This document shows, piece after piece, positions 26,340 to 38,890 of a DNA stretch of 64,000 nucleotides. The stretch covers positions 9,626,176-9,690,175 of the forward strand of contig MU058636.1 in NCBI GenBank assembly GCA_013265495.1, read 5' to 3'. The first letter of the stretch is position 1, and the number at the start of each line of letters is the position of its first letter. Source of the DNA: Vicugna vicugna (lineage: Eukaryota). The translations under genes and the position numbers were made by a program. Below the pieces are notes generated by a model. It was not told where the DNA came from, ran no database searches, and was given only the letters and a program-made list of their open reading frames with translations.

Positions 26340-26575
26340 TGCTTATAGTACAGGAACAGAATTTGAAGTCAAAGTTGGGTTAGAATGTCTACTTTGCCAC
26401 TTAATTACGTTTACTTGTTCTAATTGCCTCACTTTTCTGCATCTTAATTTGCCATGTTGAACCGGTACATAAAAATACCTGCCATCAAGGGCTGTGAGGA
26501 GTCAGTGTGAGACGTGTGTAGGTGATGTGCACGGTTCCTGGCACCTCCTATGCCTGCAGCAAATGTTATTCTTCT
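26340..26575 (+). mobile_element. MIR SINE
   Basis: tttgaagtcaaag...ctactttgccacttaatt...gggctgtgagga...cacggttcctggcac...aaatgttatt. Confidence 0.6.
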
Positions 26576-29500
26576 TTATGAATATTTCCAGAATATTTTG
26601 CAGTTGTTCTTTTACTTTTCCTTGTTGACTGACTTCAATTTACTATATGGAAATTGTAATCCAGGAGTTTTATGGTTTATTCTTACCAAGAACTAAATTT
26701 TAAAACCAAGTTTTGTTGTTTCTACGATTTTCTTTGCTATTTGGTCCTAGGCGTGGAAATCCCAGTGGCATATCTGTGACAATTGATTATATTTGCAAAT
26801 TAAATTACTGCTATAACTTGATTATCCTAGAGTCCAATTGCATATTCAGTAAATACACAGCAAAATATTTTGAACTGATTTTAATTCTCCCAAATGAAAC
26901 ATTTACTTGCCATAGTTTGACTTCTAGACATTTGTACTCATAAATGTTGCTTGTTTTGTATACTAGCAGTTATTGGAAAGATAAAAGTAGAAAAGGAGAA
27001 TAAAAAGAAGTTTCTTTTTCTATACTTTTCATACCTTTCTATAACTACACATGGTTGAAAGAAACTGCTGGTCTTTTTGGTGATAAGTTGTAGTTTTTCT
27101 GCCTTATCTTTATCCCCTCAACGCACCTTACTTACGGTATTATATTCCTTATATTGCTTACTCCTTCTTTTCTTTTTTTTAATGAAGTAATTATATGAAA
27201 TGTAATTCTAGAATCTGAGGGTTGAAATGAACCTTAGAGTGTTCTGTCTTGGACTGAGTAAGAAATGTTATGATGTTAAAAACATTTAAAATAACACCCA
27301 GTGCTTATATAAAGAAATTACATACCAAAGTCAGCCTCTGTTTTAAAATGTACTTAGAACTCATTTCATTTTCCTTGAATGTGTGTGCCCAGAAGGGTAT
27401 CAATAACAATTGTAGGGCATTATTGTGACTTTCTGTGAAATATTAATGTAAGCTATGAAAGGGTGAAGAAAACTAGTAAGCAAGCAAAGATATTTTTATG
27501 GTAAAATGATGAAAAATCCCTTCAGTTTTTTAAGTGACAGAACCTTAGCTCTTTCCGTATAGTAGTATATGTTTATTGCACACTCCAGGGAATATTTAAC
27601 AGGTGTTCACTAGTAGGTACACATCAAGTTAGCAGTGATGCAGTGACACAGTGACGCGGTACATGATCCAGCAACTCTTCCCTTCCTCTGTGCACTTGTA
27701 GACAGTGTTACACTATACTAATAATTCTTTCTGTATGACCTCATTTGGGTACCTGATGCTCTCAGTGATACAGTTATTAGCTGAGAAAAAGCTTAGTTTA
27801 ATATTTTCTTTTTCAATTATAATTTGGAATATTTTTCTTAGTGACTTACCTGCTTTTACATTCCAAAAATTTTTCCTAATTGGTAAGTGGCTAAACTTTT
27901 CATAGTAACATGTAATATTGGATGTTCTGGCTTAATTTCTGTTATTCAACCGTTTGTCTTTGTGGTAATGAATTCTTTTCAAAGCAGATGAGAGTTTGAA
28001 ACAAAGAAAATGTTGTAGTGATGGGATGATATCCTTGCAAAACTGTATATTTGTTTTACTCTCCCCTGTATTTAACCTTTTCTTAGTGTTAACAAAGTGA
28101 AACTCCATAGGTAGTAGACTATATAGTTGTAAATATATGCGTTAGGACATGATCTCTAAAGTTACTTCCAGTTTTAAAATCTGTGCTCTGAACTTGAAGT
28201 CACATGCACTGAGGGGAGGGCTCTGCGGCTCGTCAGCATCAGGCCTGGGATTTTGCGGATTCCTTCCCTCACAGTTGTAGCTAGAAACCTCAAAATAGAT
28301 GTACTTTCTCTTTATTTTTCAAGTCCATAGGTGAAATGTTGTTTCTTTTGTGTGAATGTTCTAGATCGCTGACATTTGAATTTTATCTCTTTCAATAAAA
28401 ACTTTAGTCTATTGTATGCTCCTGACCTTCTTAAACTATCGGCTTCTGTGAAAATAGGTGTGCGTGCAAAGATAAATGGCAGAGAACAGACAGTGAAAGC
28501 TGCCTATGTGAGACAGTCCCAGTGCCCTGGGATTGCTGATGTAGCTTGGGGACGAACATCTGCCCTGAGCAGCTGTCTGATGTTGGTAAAGGGGGTTTGT
28601 CCTTGTCCTTTTCAGTCCTCCCTCTCCCTTGCCCCGTCCCAAGTGCGGCCTCTCCTCCTCTCGCCTTTGCTGCCCCTCTCCGCCTGCCTGGGCGTGGAGA
28701 GCCCTGCTCTGCCTTTCGCCTCTCCCCGAGGTGGTCACATTCCATCCAGCCCATTTGTGCTGCTTTCGATGTCTGCCTTTATCATCTTTGCCGCGTCTAA
28801 CGCGTTAGGATTTGCCGAGTGCTTACTCTGTGCCAGGAGCTGTTGCAGGCACCTCCTGGCTGAGCCCTTACTCCCATCCCTGCTTTTAAGCTCAGCTGAC
28901 TGTTTACCTCCGCTGGCGTCCCCACTGTGAGTCCCACTTGGTCTGTTACACTTGTTTATTTTTGTTTCTCTTAACTCCTGTGTCTTTCCTGTGACTGTTG
29001 ATTTTTGCTGAAAATGGTGTGGTCTCTTACATAATCCTCCTGAAGCAGTGGGTAAACTAACCAGTGTTGGTGCGTCGTACATAAGTCTCCTGAGTTTTCA
29101 GCCTTGCTCTGTTTTCACTGCAGCTGAAAGGATGCCGCTTTCCCTCAGACCGTTAGTATGTGTGAAGAGGTGAATGTTGTTTTCCTTTTCTTTTTCTCTT
29201 TCTTCCTTCCCCCTCTCCTCTTCTTTCTCTCTTCTTAAGGAAGTTGGAATGAAGAGTATTTTCTCCATGCCTGAAAATTCTAGAAGGCAGGTTGCCAGAT
29301 AGCTGAGATGGTGTTATAAATCTGCTAGGGAAGAGCTGTCTGCAATTAACACTCTTTATATTTGTCCTAATAGTTATATTGAAATTCAGAAAATATCACT
29401 TATATTGATAAGATAGATAATTTAAATCACTATTGAGGCCTTGGACCTAGAAACAAATTACAATGTGAAAATTACAGTTTTTAAATTCAAATGCCATTCA

Positions 29501-30517
29501 TGATTTATAATATTGTGGTAGTTAACTAATCTGTTACCTTATGCCAGAAGGTGTGTCAGTTTCATAAACATGTTAATATAGAGATCAGTTTCTATACAAC
29601 AGGTTTTTGTACACTCATATATACTTGTATGTATAAAATACCATTTTAGCAGATCACATTTATTGGTATTATACTTCAAGATCTAAGTGCTTTCAAACGT
29701 GTTTATTAAACATCTGTTGCAAATGTACTGTTTTATCAGATGCTGCAGAAATGTAGGAGAAGCAGAAAACACGTCTATTTAGAATCTAGTTAGGAAACAA
29801 GGAGACACAATGTCACCAGCAGCTTAAGCATAGATAGAAGGTGTAAGTAAGCACACCCGGTGTGGTTTAGATTGTATTTACTAATTAGGGAATATAAAGT
29901 AAGGGAAAGATTAGTGAGGGATGGAGTTTAATTAGAAAGGACTCCGAGTAGTTAATCTTGAGCAGATCAAGTTAATCTTGAACTAGATCTGATATTGCCC
30001 TGGTAGTAGTATAATTAGACAGATTATGTTAGTGCTAATTTGAGATTTATCTGCTTTCTTATTCTCTAATATAAAAAGAAACTTGGTAGAGTAGTTTAAA
30101 GATAAGAATTAAAGAAATTTTTTCTGAATATTTGTCCATAGAGCAGTACGTTTTCACTGATAATCTGTTTTTAGAATGTCACAGCTTCTTTGCCGTTTAG
30201 TGCTGAGCTAAAGTCCCTTATGTGCTGGTGAAAAACTTAAAGATGATCTAATCACTGTGTTGAGTTTCTCATAGCAACTGCCTTGAACCAAATTCTGTAG
30301 GTAAAGGATCACTTTTTTGTAGTGTATATCTGTGTTAAAATGTTTGTGTTATTTTACCATCCTTTGTAATTTAATGTTCAGAAATAACTTGAAAGGAATT
30401 TTGTGATTTCTGCAATGATAAAATTTAATTTTTTAATGCTATTCATACTACATGTGATTAATGAAGAGAAGTTACACTTTTAAGAAATGTTTACTTTTTT
30501 CTCACATGTTTTAATAG

Positions 30518-30609
30518 GTTCGAATTGAACAAGTAATAGTTGCTGAACCTGGAGCAGTTTTATTATACAAAATTTCTAACCTCCTTAAATTTTACCACCA
30601 TACAATCAG
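30518..30609 (+). CDS. COG6: COG6 exon 12 (92 nt)
   Basis: aatag|GTT ... AG|gtaagt. Encodes [30 protein letters not shown](S). Confidence 0.97.
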
Positions 30610-32019
30610 GTAAGTGTAATGTTTAAATGTGCTTGTTAAATCCGATGTGATACCTCATTTCAGTTAGAACCCAGTGTAATATTTTTTGTGTGTACATTCT
30701 CTTTGCATGACCAGCTGACAGAGCCTCCACACCATGTGACTCATCTTGTGTGCATTATACGTGCTGTACTTTGAGGTGCAGCCTTTCCTTCTCCCTTTCT
30801 TCTCCCAGCCTAACCAGACACACACACTAGCACACACACAACTTAGGGAGTGGTGTAAATCTGTACAAGTGTTTATTGAGTCCTCCTGTATTAGTAAAAG
30901 AGATCCACAACACCTAAAGCAACTACATATTATACTCAGAATAGGGCGTAATTAGTGAAATGTCCTATTCTGGATGTAAATAACATAAATTCACCTTTAA
31001 CATTTAGTTTTCCATTAGTGATAAAACAGAAACCATTGCTTTACCTCCTCTAAATAAAAACAGCTTTATCTGATTAGGAACCACTTGCCTTATCTAAAAT
31101 ATGATCTTTGACTCCCAAATTTGCATTCATTTTCATTTTGCATGTATCTGTTGATGGTATGCATACACTTGAGCCTTAACTGAAAATGTCACCATAAGAC
31201 CATGTTACACATGTAGTTGTGTTCAAACAGTGTTTTTCCAGGCTCTGTTTTTGATAGTTTTTATATTAGTCTACTAAAAAATGCTTTAAAATTACTTGTT
31301 ATCAAGAATGCCAGTATCAGGAACAGAAGGCCAGTTGTTAAAATCCAAGAGGGTTGTTGTAACTAACAGATCCGATGGATGCACAGGGATCACTAGTTCA
31401 AGAAGCACCAAAAGAATGTGGCAGCGCTGTTACCTGCCTCCTGGTGGCTGAGATTAGCCACCCAAAGCTCACAGCTAAGAGACAGATTTCATATCTTATT
31501 GATAGATTTTTCAACAGAACTAATAAGCTGCAGGCCACAAAATTGATCAGAGATAGGATTGGGGTTAGTTGTCTAACATTGTAGATACAAATTTATTATC
31601 ACCGCTGTCCATGACTCAAAAGCAATAAATTAGTTTCAGTTGTAATGTGTTAGGCTTCCTAAAATAAGAAAATTATGCATATTTAGAAAACACAGGAGCA
31701 GCTGAAATATAGCTAATGCTGTATTATGCAAAAGATAGTGGTAAAATAATTTTTAAATAATCTATTTAGTTATGCCATGATGGTGCTGCATGAAATTTCT
31801 TACTTGAAGATAATGATAAGAGAGTGCTAAGAATAAAATCATTTGGATTCTGAAGATGATAGGTTTTTTTAGGCTCTGAGAATTATAATTTTTCTGTCTT
31901 TGAAGATGATAATTTTGAAGATGACAGTATCTTTTGATACATTTTTTGCATGTACTTTTTCTGCTTGTTAACACATTTCTTCATGTAGTCAACTGAAAAG
32001 TTAACTATAAATGTCATTT

Positions 32020-33140
32020 TCTAGGTGCTAAGGAAATGACAGTGAACTAAACAGAGCTTGAACTTACATTCTAATGGGGCAGACAAGCAAGTATCAAATA
32101 ATAATTTTAAATAGCAGCAAGGGCACTGAGGAGAAATACAGCGGGAGAAAGGCATTAGAAAACACAGGGAGGGATTTGTGTGAGTAGGTGTTATGTGAGT
32201 ATGACTGCCTTTGAGGGCCTGCTGGTGCAGGTGACCACTGAGCAGAGACCTGAATGACGTGGAGCCGGGTGTGAAAAGCATTTGAAGGAGAGTGTCCTGG
32301 GCAGAGGCACACCCTGGGCCCAAGGCCAGGAAAAGCTTGGACTCTAGGGGACCAGAAGAATGCCAGAGGTGGAGTGGAGTGAGTTGGAAGGAGTTAAGAG
32401 GAGATAAAATCAAAGAGGGAGGCAGAGTCCAGACCCATGTAGGACTCTGTAGGCCATGGTGAGGAGTTAGATTTTACTCTCAGTATGTTAAAGATGATGT
32501 GGGAGGATTCTGAGTGACGGGAGCGATTTATGACGTAAGGAAGGGGCTCTGGGTACTGTGTGGATCGTGTAGCATAGTGGGATGAAAGGGGATCAGGGAA
32601 GGTACCTAGGAAGCAGTTTGTGGTTCTGAGCAGAAGTGAGGACCAGTCAGACTAGGTTGGTAGATTTGGAGGTGGTAAGAATTAGTTGGTTCTGGAGATA
32701 TTTTATGTTCTAGCTAATAGTACTTGCATATCGACTAGATGGAGTGAGGTGTGAGGAGTCAGGTTCTTGGCTTTCGGTTTGAACAGCCAGATGAAAATGG
32801 TATTGTCATGTGCTGAGACCGGAAGTGCTGGAGAGGACCGTGTTGACAGGGGTGGGTGGGCGATGAAGAGTTCACTGCAGTTTTGGCTGAGTCAGATTCC
32901 GTGTCCTTGTGAACATTCAGTAGGGGATGTCAAGTGAGCAGAGAACACAGAAAAAAAAAAAGACTGAAACTATTAATTTGGTAACTTACAGCGTATAGGT
33001 ATTTGAAGCCACAGAACCATGTAAAATCACATCAGAAGTGAGCGTAGATCAGTGTCTAGAGGTTAAGAAGAGAAGAAACAAAGAAAACTGGGGAGGAATA
33101 TCCAGTGAGGTTGGGGAAAGTAGGAAAAACTCAAGTTCTC
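32020..33140 (-). mobile_element. L2 LINE fragment (~1.1 kb)
   Basis: ctaggtgctaagga...cttacattctaatggggcagacaagc...gagcagagacctgaatga...gtaggccatggtgaggagttagattttactc. Confidence 0.8.
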
Positions 33141-34760
33141 AAAAAATGTTTGCCCCCTTTGCATTAAAACTCCGAGAGGATAGGTTCTGCCAAAACCCCA
33201 AAAAGGGAGATGTGGGGAAAATCCAGCATACTTTGGTTACATTTCCTTTCCTGTAAAACTTTCTCTCTCTGTAGTTGAAAATTGCTCGGTGTCTGTGCTT
33301 GCTTGCTTTCCTTGCCCGTAATGCGGTTTCAGTCCCAAACTGCTAGGTGGACTCCGTGTTGTGTTTTCGCCATGTAGTCAGGCACATCCAGTGATCCTCC
33401 CAGCTTCTCTCCCTCTCCTCTCCCCACATCCCCTTGGAGCCCCTGTCCTGCATCTCCAGTCTCCCCGGGCTGCTCTCTAGACCTGCCACGCGCCTGTCAC
33501 TCGGGTTTGTCGTCTTGAGCAGCCTGCTCTTTCCCTTGTGTTGGGTTCCCTGATGAGTATTTACACGCTTGTAATAATGTAAACGTTGACTATTTACCAG
33601 AGCCCTGGGGTATAACTGTATTAGGAAGCCTGGGGAAGATGGGGTTTGAGTATATTGTGATGGGGGAGGAGCTCTGTAGAATTTAACTCGTCTTCTGCCT
33701 CAGGGAGTTTGTGTATAATCCCTAAAGCCGAACAATCAATAGGAGTGAAAGCACAGTGGGTAGGAATATGAAGGGGAATACAAGTAGCATCCACAGATGT
33801 TCAGTCCAGTGACTGGGACCTGGCGAGGACTCAGTAAACATTAGTAAACTCTGGATCTGAGTACCTGCAAAATGTGGTTGATAACTCCACATTTTAAAAA
33901 ATGAATGTAAATGGATCTTGATGTCTCTCCGATTTTTTCATTAAAATATCAGTTGCTGTTTGTGTTCATTCACTCTTCTTCCCCCCTTGCTTGATGTATC
34001 ATTCTTTTATTCAAAGACATACTTACTTTATTACATGAATAGGCATGTGTGGGAGCACCTTCCAATTTATTTTCGTGTTAAGCTATAATATTTTTTACTG
34101 AAATACTTTCATGTTTTATGTAGTACATAAAACTGATAATTTGCTTTGTCTGCATTAACCATGTACGAGTTCAAATTTATTTTAGTTTTAAAATGTATTG
34201 AAATACATAGTACTTGCTTTTATAATGTATCATGTTATATATCAGTTCTCAGTAAATTTGCTGTATGTTTTGCTTACTATCTACCAATATGTATTAGTGC
34301 CATTACATTAACTTCAGCAATCTGAATGTTTGTAGTCGTAGTAAGATGTTATTGTGCCTTTAGAAATTATAATTTCCTACCAGATTACAGTATATTTTTG
34401 CATCAACAAAAAACTTTTCCTCTAAAAACATATTTTAAAATCACTTTCAGTACATGAATAGGAGAATAAAACTGGGGACTGTTTTATATACATGCCTGTC
34501 TTACATCCTGCCCAAATTGGGAAACCCTACTGAATGGGTCTAAGAAATATCCTTGTGATAGCAAATAGAGAATTATGGAATGTACTAATAATTATTTTTA
34601 AATGATACCAGATTTTTCATAATTAGTCTAAATATACTGCTATTTAGGCAGCAGTATGAAAAATGAGAAACTTTATAATTTACTGGTGTGTTGTTGGTAC
34701 AGCGTAACAGTTTTAATTTAAAAAGTAATTCAGTATTAATAAAATGAAAATATTTTCTCA

Positions 34761-34885
34761 GGGGAGGGTGTAGCTCAGTGGTAGAGTGAGTGCATAGCAT
34801 GCATGCGGTCCTGGGTTCGATCCCCAGTACCTCTATAGAAATAAATACCTAATTACCCCCACCCTCCCCAAAAAATTAAGTAAAT
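34761..34885 (+). mobile_element. Full-length tRNA-derived SINE (Vic-1-like, camelid) with 14-bp TSD
   Basis: ggggagggtgtagctcagtggtagag (A box) ... gggttcgatcccc (B box) ... cctaattacc and an A-rich tail. TSD aaaatattttctca at 34747-34760 and 34886-34899. Confidence 0.93.
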
Positions 34886-35279
34886 AAAATATTTTCTCAA
34901 TATAGCTGTTGAGGGAATGGCTTCCTTAAAATGAGATCTTGGATAATCAAGACATACATTTACTGTAAGAGAAGAAAAACAGAAGCATGGGTTTGCATAA
35001 TTGTTCTAACCCACTGCTTTTCTTAAAGAGATTGTGAATTTTTTTTTGAGATTGTGGAATATTGAAGACACTGTAGTTTGTTTTCATTTGTTTGTCACCT
35101 AACTTGAAAAAAACACCTCATTTTAATATGAAACTACAATAATTGTTTTTAACTTGCAGGTTATATTCTATATAAAAACTTTTGTTTAAATCTAGATCTT
35201 TTTTTAAACACTTATACTCAGTTAAAGAACTGAATTGTTTTAGCATGTTTTGCAATCTGAAATATTCTTTGCTTTTAAG

Positions 35280-35397
35280 TGGCATTGTTGGAAATAGTGC
35301 AACTACGTTACTGACTACCATTGAAGAAATGCATTTGCTGAGCAAAAAAATATTCTTCAATAGCTTGAGTCTTCATGCAAGTAAATTAATGGACAAG
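35280..35397 (+). CDS. COG6: COG6 exon 13 (118 nt)
   Basis: ttttaag|T GGC ... AAG|gtatgt. Encodes [39 protein letters not shown]. Confidence 0.95.
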
Positions 35398-36559
35398 GTA
35401 TGTTTGAAAAATGCAGTTCTTAAACTATGTGAATGTGAGTCTTTCACATTTAAAAATGCTGTTTCACTGTTTTTACATTGGTGACAGTTTTTTCCCATTC
35501 CATACAGTGTACTTTTGAGTTCTTCCTGTGAACAACAAAATTCATTTTGAGATGGCTTACTGGATCTAGGTTTACAGTCTGTTCCTGGAACAGTGTAACT
35601 CTGAGTCATAATTGGAGATAGAATCTCAAGCTCTAGTTTCACTACCATTTTTCTGTAACCAAAATTTTGTAATTCAAGCAGACTTACAATATTTAGGTCA
35701 GGGCTAAAATGACATATAGATTGGAAAACTGGAACTTTTACTTACTGTTTTTTCTAAACATCTTACTTATATTTTTACACTCTCTTGGTATGGCTTTGTC
35801 CTTAGGAAATTTGTTCCTTCAAGTTATATACAATAATGAATTGTGAAAACAAGCAAGATAACAGAAAACTCCTACAAAAATAAACAATGACAGCAAAAAC
35901 CTGAAAGAGTTCTATGAGAGCTAATATTTTAAATTGAGCTGTGTGTTATGCAGGAATAAATTGGCAAGACCTTAAGGAATGGATTTACAATGACCAAATC
36001 CTTCTTTATTTTTGTTTGATTATTGAAGACTGAAAAGTTTTTCAAGGATGCATCACAATCACCATCCTGGTTTTTTTTTTTTTTTAAATTATACTACTCT
36101 ATCTAACAACTTGGTTATATTAGACACAGGTTTGTAATATAGTGTGGAACAGTCAATAGCAATCCAATCCAGAGTACCTGGTCAATTTTTACATTTTTAA
36201 TCTTAGAGAAGCCTTAATAGGATATTAAGATCTGCTTTCTGATCCCCATGCATGACTTAAATTTTTGTGGAAAAACAGCATGATTTTGTGGAGCTGGAAT
36301 ATTTCTCTTATACGTTTTTCTGTACCTCTGTTTGTACCAGTTTACTAATAGTCAATCAATTCTAGTTATAGATATGTTTATATGGGTTCTTATTTAGACA
36401 CAGTTTTTCTAAAATCATTCATACGTGGTACAGACTTTGCACATGAGCAGACACATACTTGCTGATGAGAATACAAGGGCAGACAGCCGTCTGCTGGTCT
36501 TGGGTTGCTTCTTTTTTCATGGAAAATAGTCTAATAAATTCTGTGACTACTGTAGAGTC

Positions 36560-37540
36560 ACAGGTTTTAGGAAAGGCATGTCCAAGGTGCTATGCTAGCA
36601 CTATAGGAGAAGGATATGTATAGTATACACTTACAGAGAGGGAGCCTTCCAGAGAGGGAGACACAAGGCTTGAACTTTGAAGGGCATAGTAGATGAGGTA
36701 GGTGAAAGGTGGTGGGGAGAGGTCATCCTAAGTAGAGGAGACAAATAGAATATCCAAGAGCACAAGCTATGGGTCATCAATAAACAAATTTTTCAGTTAT
36801 TAAAAAAAATCATTGGAAAGTGGTGTGGATGTAAATAGGCTAGGTTGCAGACAGGATAATTAAGGGAATATCGAAGTAGTTTTTATGAAAATACATGTTC
36901 CAAGGCAGAGACTCTGGGAAGAGCCATGAAGGGACGGATTCTTGAGGGGTAAAGGTAGATCTTCAAAAGTTGGTGACTGATTGAATGTGGGTAAATGAGG
37001 TGGAGGAGATCTAAAATAATTCCTGTGTTACCGACCTGGGAGTATTGATTCCAGGTAACCTGAATAAAGAGAGAGTGTGAAATTTGGGGGATAAAGATGT
37101 TATTGTCTAAGTTAGACAAGATACATGTGGGATAGCCTGCAGTCAAGTCTAATCTAGTACGGAGCTATATACATTTGAATTCAGGGAGTTTTGCATATAA
37201 AAGATTGTTGAATCCATGGATTTTTATGAGGTCTTTAGGAATCATGTTTAATAAGAGCAGATCTTCCAGGACAGACAGTCTTGAGAAATACTGACATTTA
37301 AAAGAAGAAAATAAGCCCAACCATGGGAGGATGCTGAGGAAGGATGATGAGAGGCAGGAAAAAAATGAGAAGAGTTTCATCAGAAAAACCAATAGAATTT
37401 CAAGAAGGAGGGCGTGATTGATGATAGATACTGTATGAAGAATTCTCATAAAGTGAGGATTGCAGGTTTGTTACCTTTGTCAGTATACAGATGACCCATG
37501 ACTTAGAACAATTTTATTCATGTGATGGGGCAAGAGGCAA
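36560..37540 (-). mobile_element. L2 LINE fragment
   Basis: Purine-rich antisense L2-like sequence (tgaactttgaagggcatagtag..., ggtgactgattgaatgtggg..., catttgaattcagggag). Confidence 0.6.
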
Positions 37541-37574
37541 ATTGCAATATGGGAATTACCGTTGTAATTGTTTT

Positions 37575-37776
37575 TTGCTTTGTATTTTTAAATTAAGATA
37601 TGTACATTGTTTTTGTAGACATAAAGCTACTATACACTTAATAGACTACAGCATAGTTTAAACATAAATTTTATATACACTGGGAAACAGAAAATTCATG
37701 TGACTTGCTTTATTGAGATACTTGCTTTATTACAGTGTCCTGGAACCAAATGTGCAATATCTTTAAGGTATGCCTA
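37575..37776 (+). mobile_element. Tigger1 (TcMar DNA transposon) 3' end
   Basis: tttaaattaagatatgtacattg...cacttaatagactacag...cactgggaaac...ctggaaccaaatgtgcaatatctttaaggtatgcct. Confidence 0.85.
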
Positions 37777-37778
37777 TA

Positions 37779-38890
37779 TTAGAAATTCTCGCCAGAGCAA
37801 GTAGTTAAGAAAGAGGAATTAAAGACATCCAAATTGGACAGGAAAAAGTAAAATTATCTCTGTTTGCAGATACTATCTTCTATGTAGAAAACACTAAAGA
37901 TATTTGGTTACACGAAAACTGTTAGAACTAACAAGTAAATTCAGCAAAATATCAGGATACAAAGTAAGCACACACACAAAAAGCTGCATTTTGGTGCACT
38001 AATGAACAATCCAAACAGGAAATGTCAAAAACAATTCAATTTATAATAGCACCAAAAAGAATAAAATCCTTAGGAGTTAACCAAGGAGATGAAAGACTTA
38101 CACATTGAAAGCTGCAAAACATTGCTGAAAGAAATTAAAGAAGATACAAATAAATGGAAAGGCATCCCATGTTCATGGATTTTAAGACTTAATATTGTTA
38201 AGATCTCAGTTCTATATAAAGCAATCTACAGATTCAGTGCAATCCCTCTCAAAATCTCAATGACACGTTTTGCAAAAGTAGAAAAACTCATTCTGCAACT
38301 CCTGTGAAATCTTAAGGGACCCTGAATAGCCAAAACAATCTTGGGTTTAAAAAAAAAAAGGAGGAAAGCTGGAGGACTGACACTTCCTGATTTCATAACT
38401 TGCTACAAAGCTACAGTGAACAATGTGGTACTGGAATAAAGACAGATGTCTAGAACAGTGGAATAGATAGAGGGCCCAGGAATAAACCCTTGCATACATG
38501 ATCGAATGTTTTTGACAAGAGTTTCAAGACCATTCAATGGGAAAAGGACAATCTTTTTCCACAAATGGTGCTGGGAAAACTGGGGATCCACGTGTGAAAG
38601 AAGTTGGATCCTGATCTAACACTATATACAGGTTAGCCCCAAATATATCAAAGACTCAAATGTAAACCTAAAATTATAAAAATTCTTAAAAGAAACATAG
38701 GGCAAAAGCTTTACAACATTGGATCTAGTAATTTCTTGGGTATGACACCAAAAGCACAGATGACAAAAGAAAAAATAGATACATTGAACTTCGTGAAAAT
38801 TAAAGAGATTTGGGGCATTAAAAGACACTATCAACAGAGTAAAAAGGCAACCCACAGAATGGGAGAAAGTATTTACAAATCATATATCAG
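37779..38890 (+). mobile_element. Decayed L1 ORF2 fragment (RT to C-terminal region)
   Basis: tatctctgtttgcagat (LSLFAD of the L1 RT). ORFs 38089-38307 ([22 protein letters not shown]) and 38736-38987 (GMTPKAQMTKEKID) are L1 ORF2p-like. Multiple frameshifts. Confidence 0.92.

Noticed and set aside
28029..28090. U12-type (AT-AC) donor-like ATATCCTT
   Set aside because: Not at an exon boundary. All resolvable COG6 introns here are GT-AG with no U12 consensus.
28376..29082. 184-aa ORF and overlapping ORFs in intron 11
   Set aside because: Non-ATG start, low-complexity Leu/Ser/Pro content, a locally GC-rich patch and no recognisable homology.
29949..29990. Short direct repeat agttaatcttga..agatc x2 (similar small duplications at ~22440 and ~31900)
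   Set aside because: Two-copy micro-duplications typical of replication slippage, with no array, spacer or CRISPR-like structure.
34761..34835. tRNA-Ala-like gene
   Set aside because: It has a SINE body and tail, a 14-bp TSD and a second diverged copy at 2510. It is a tRNA-derived SINE, not a tRNA gene.
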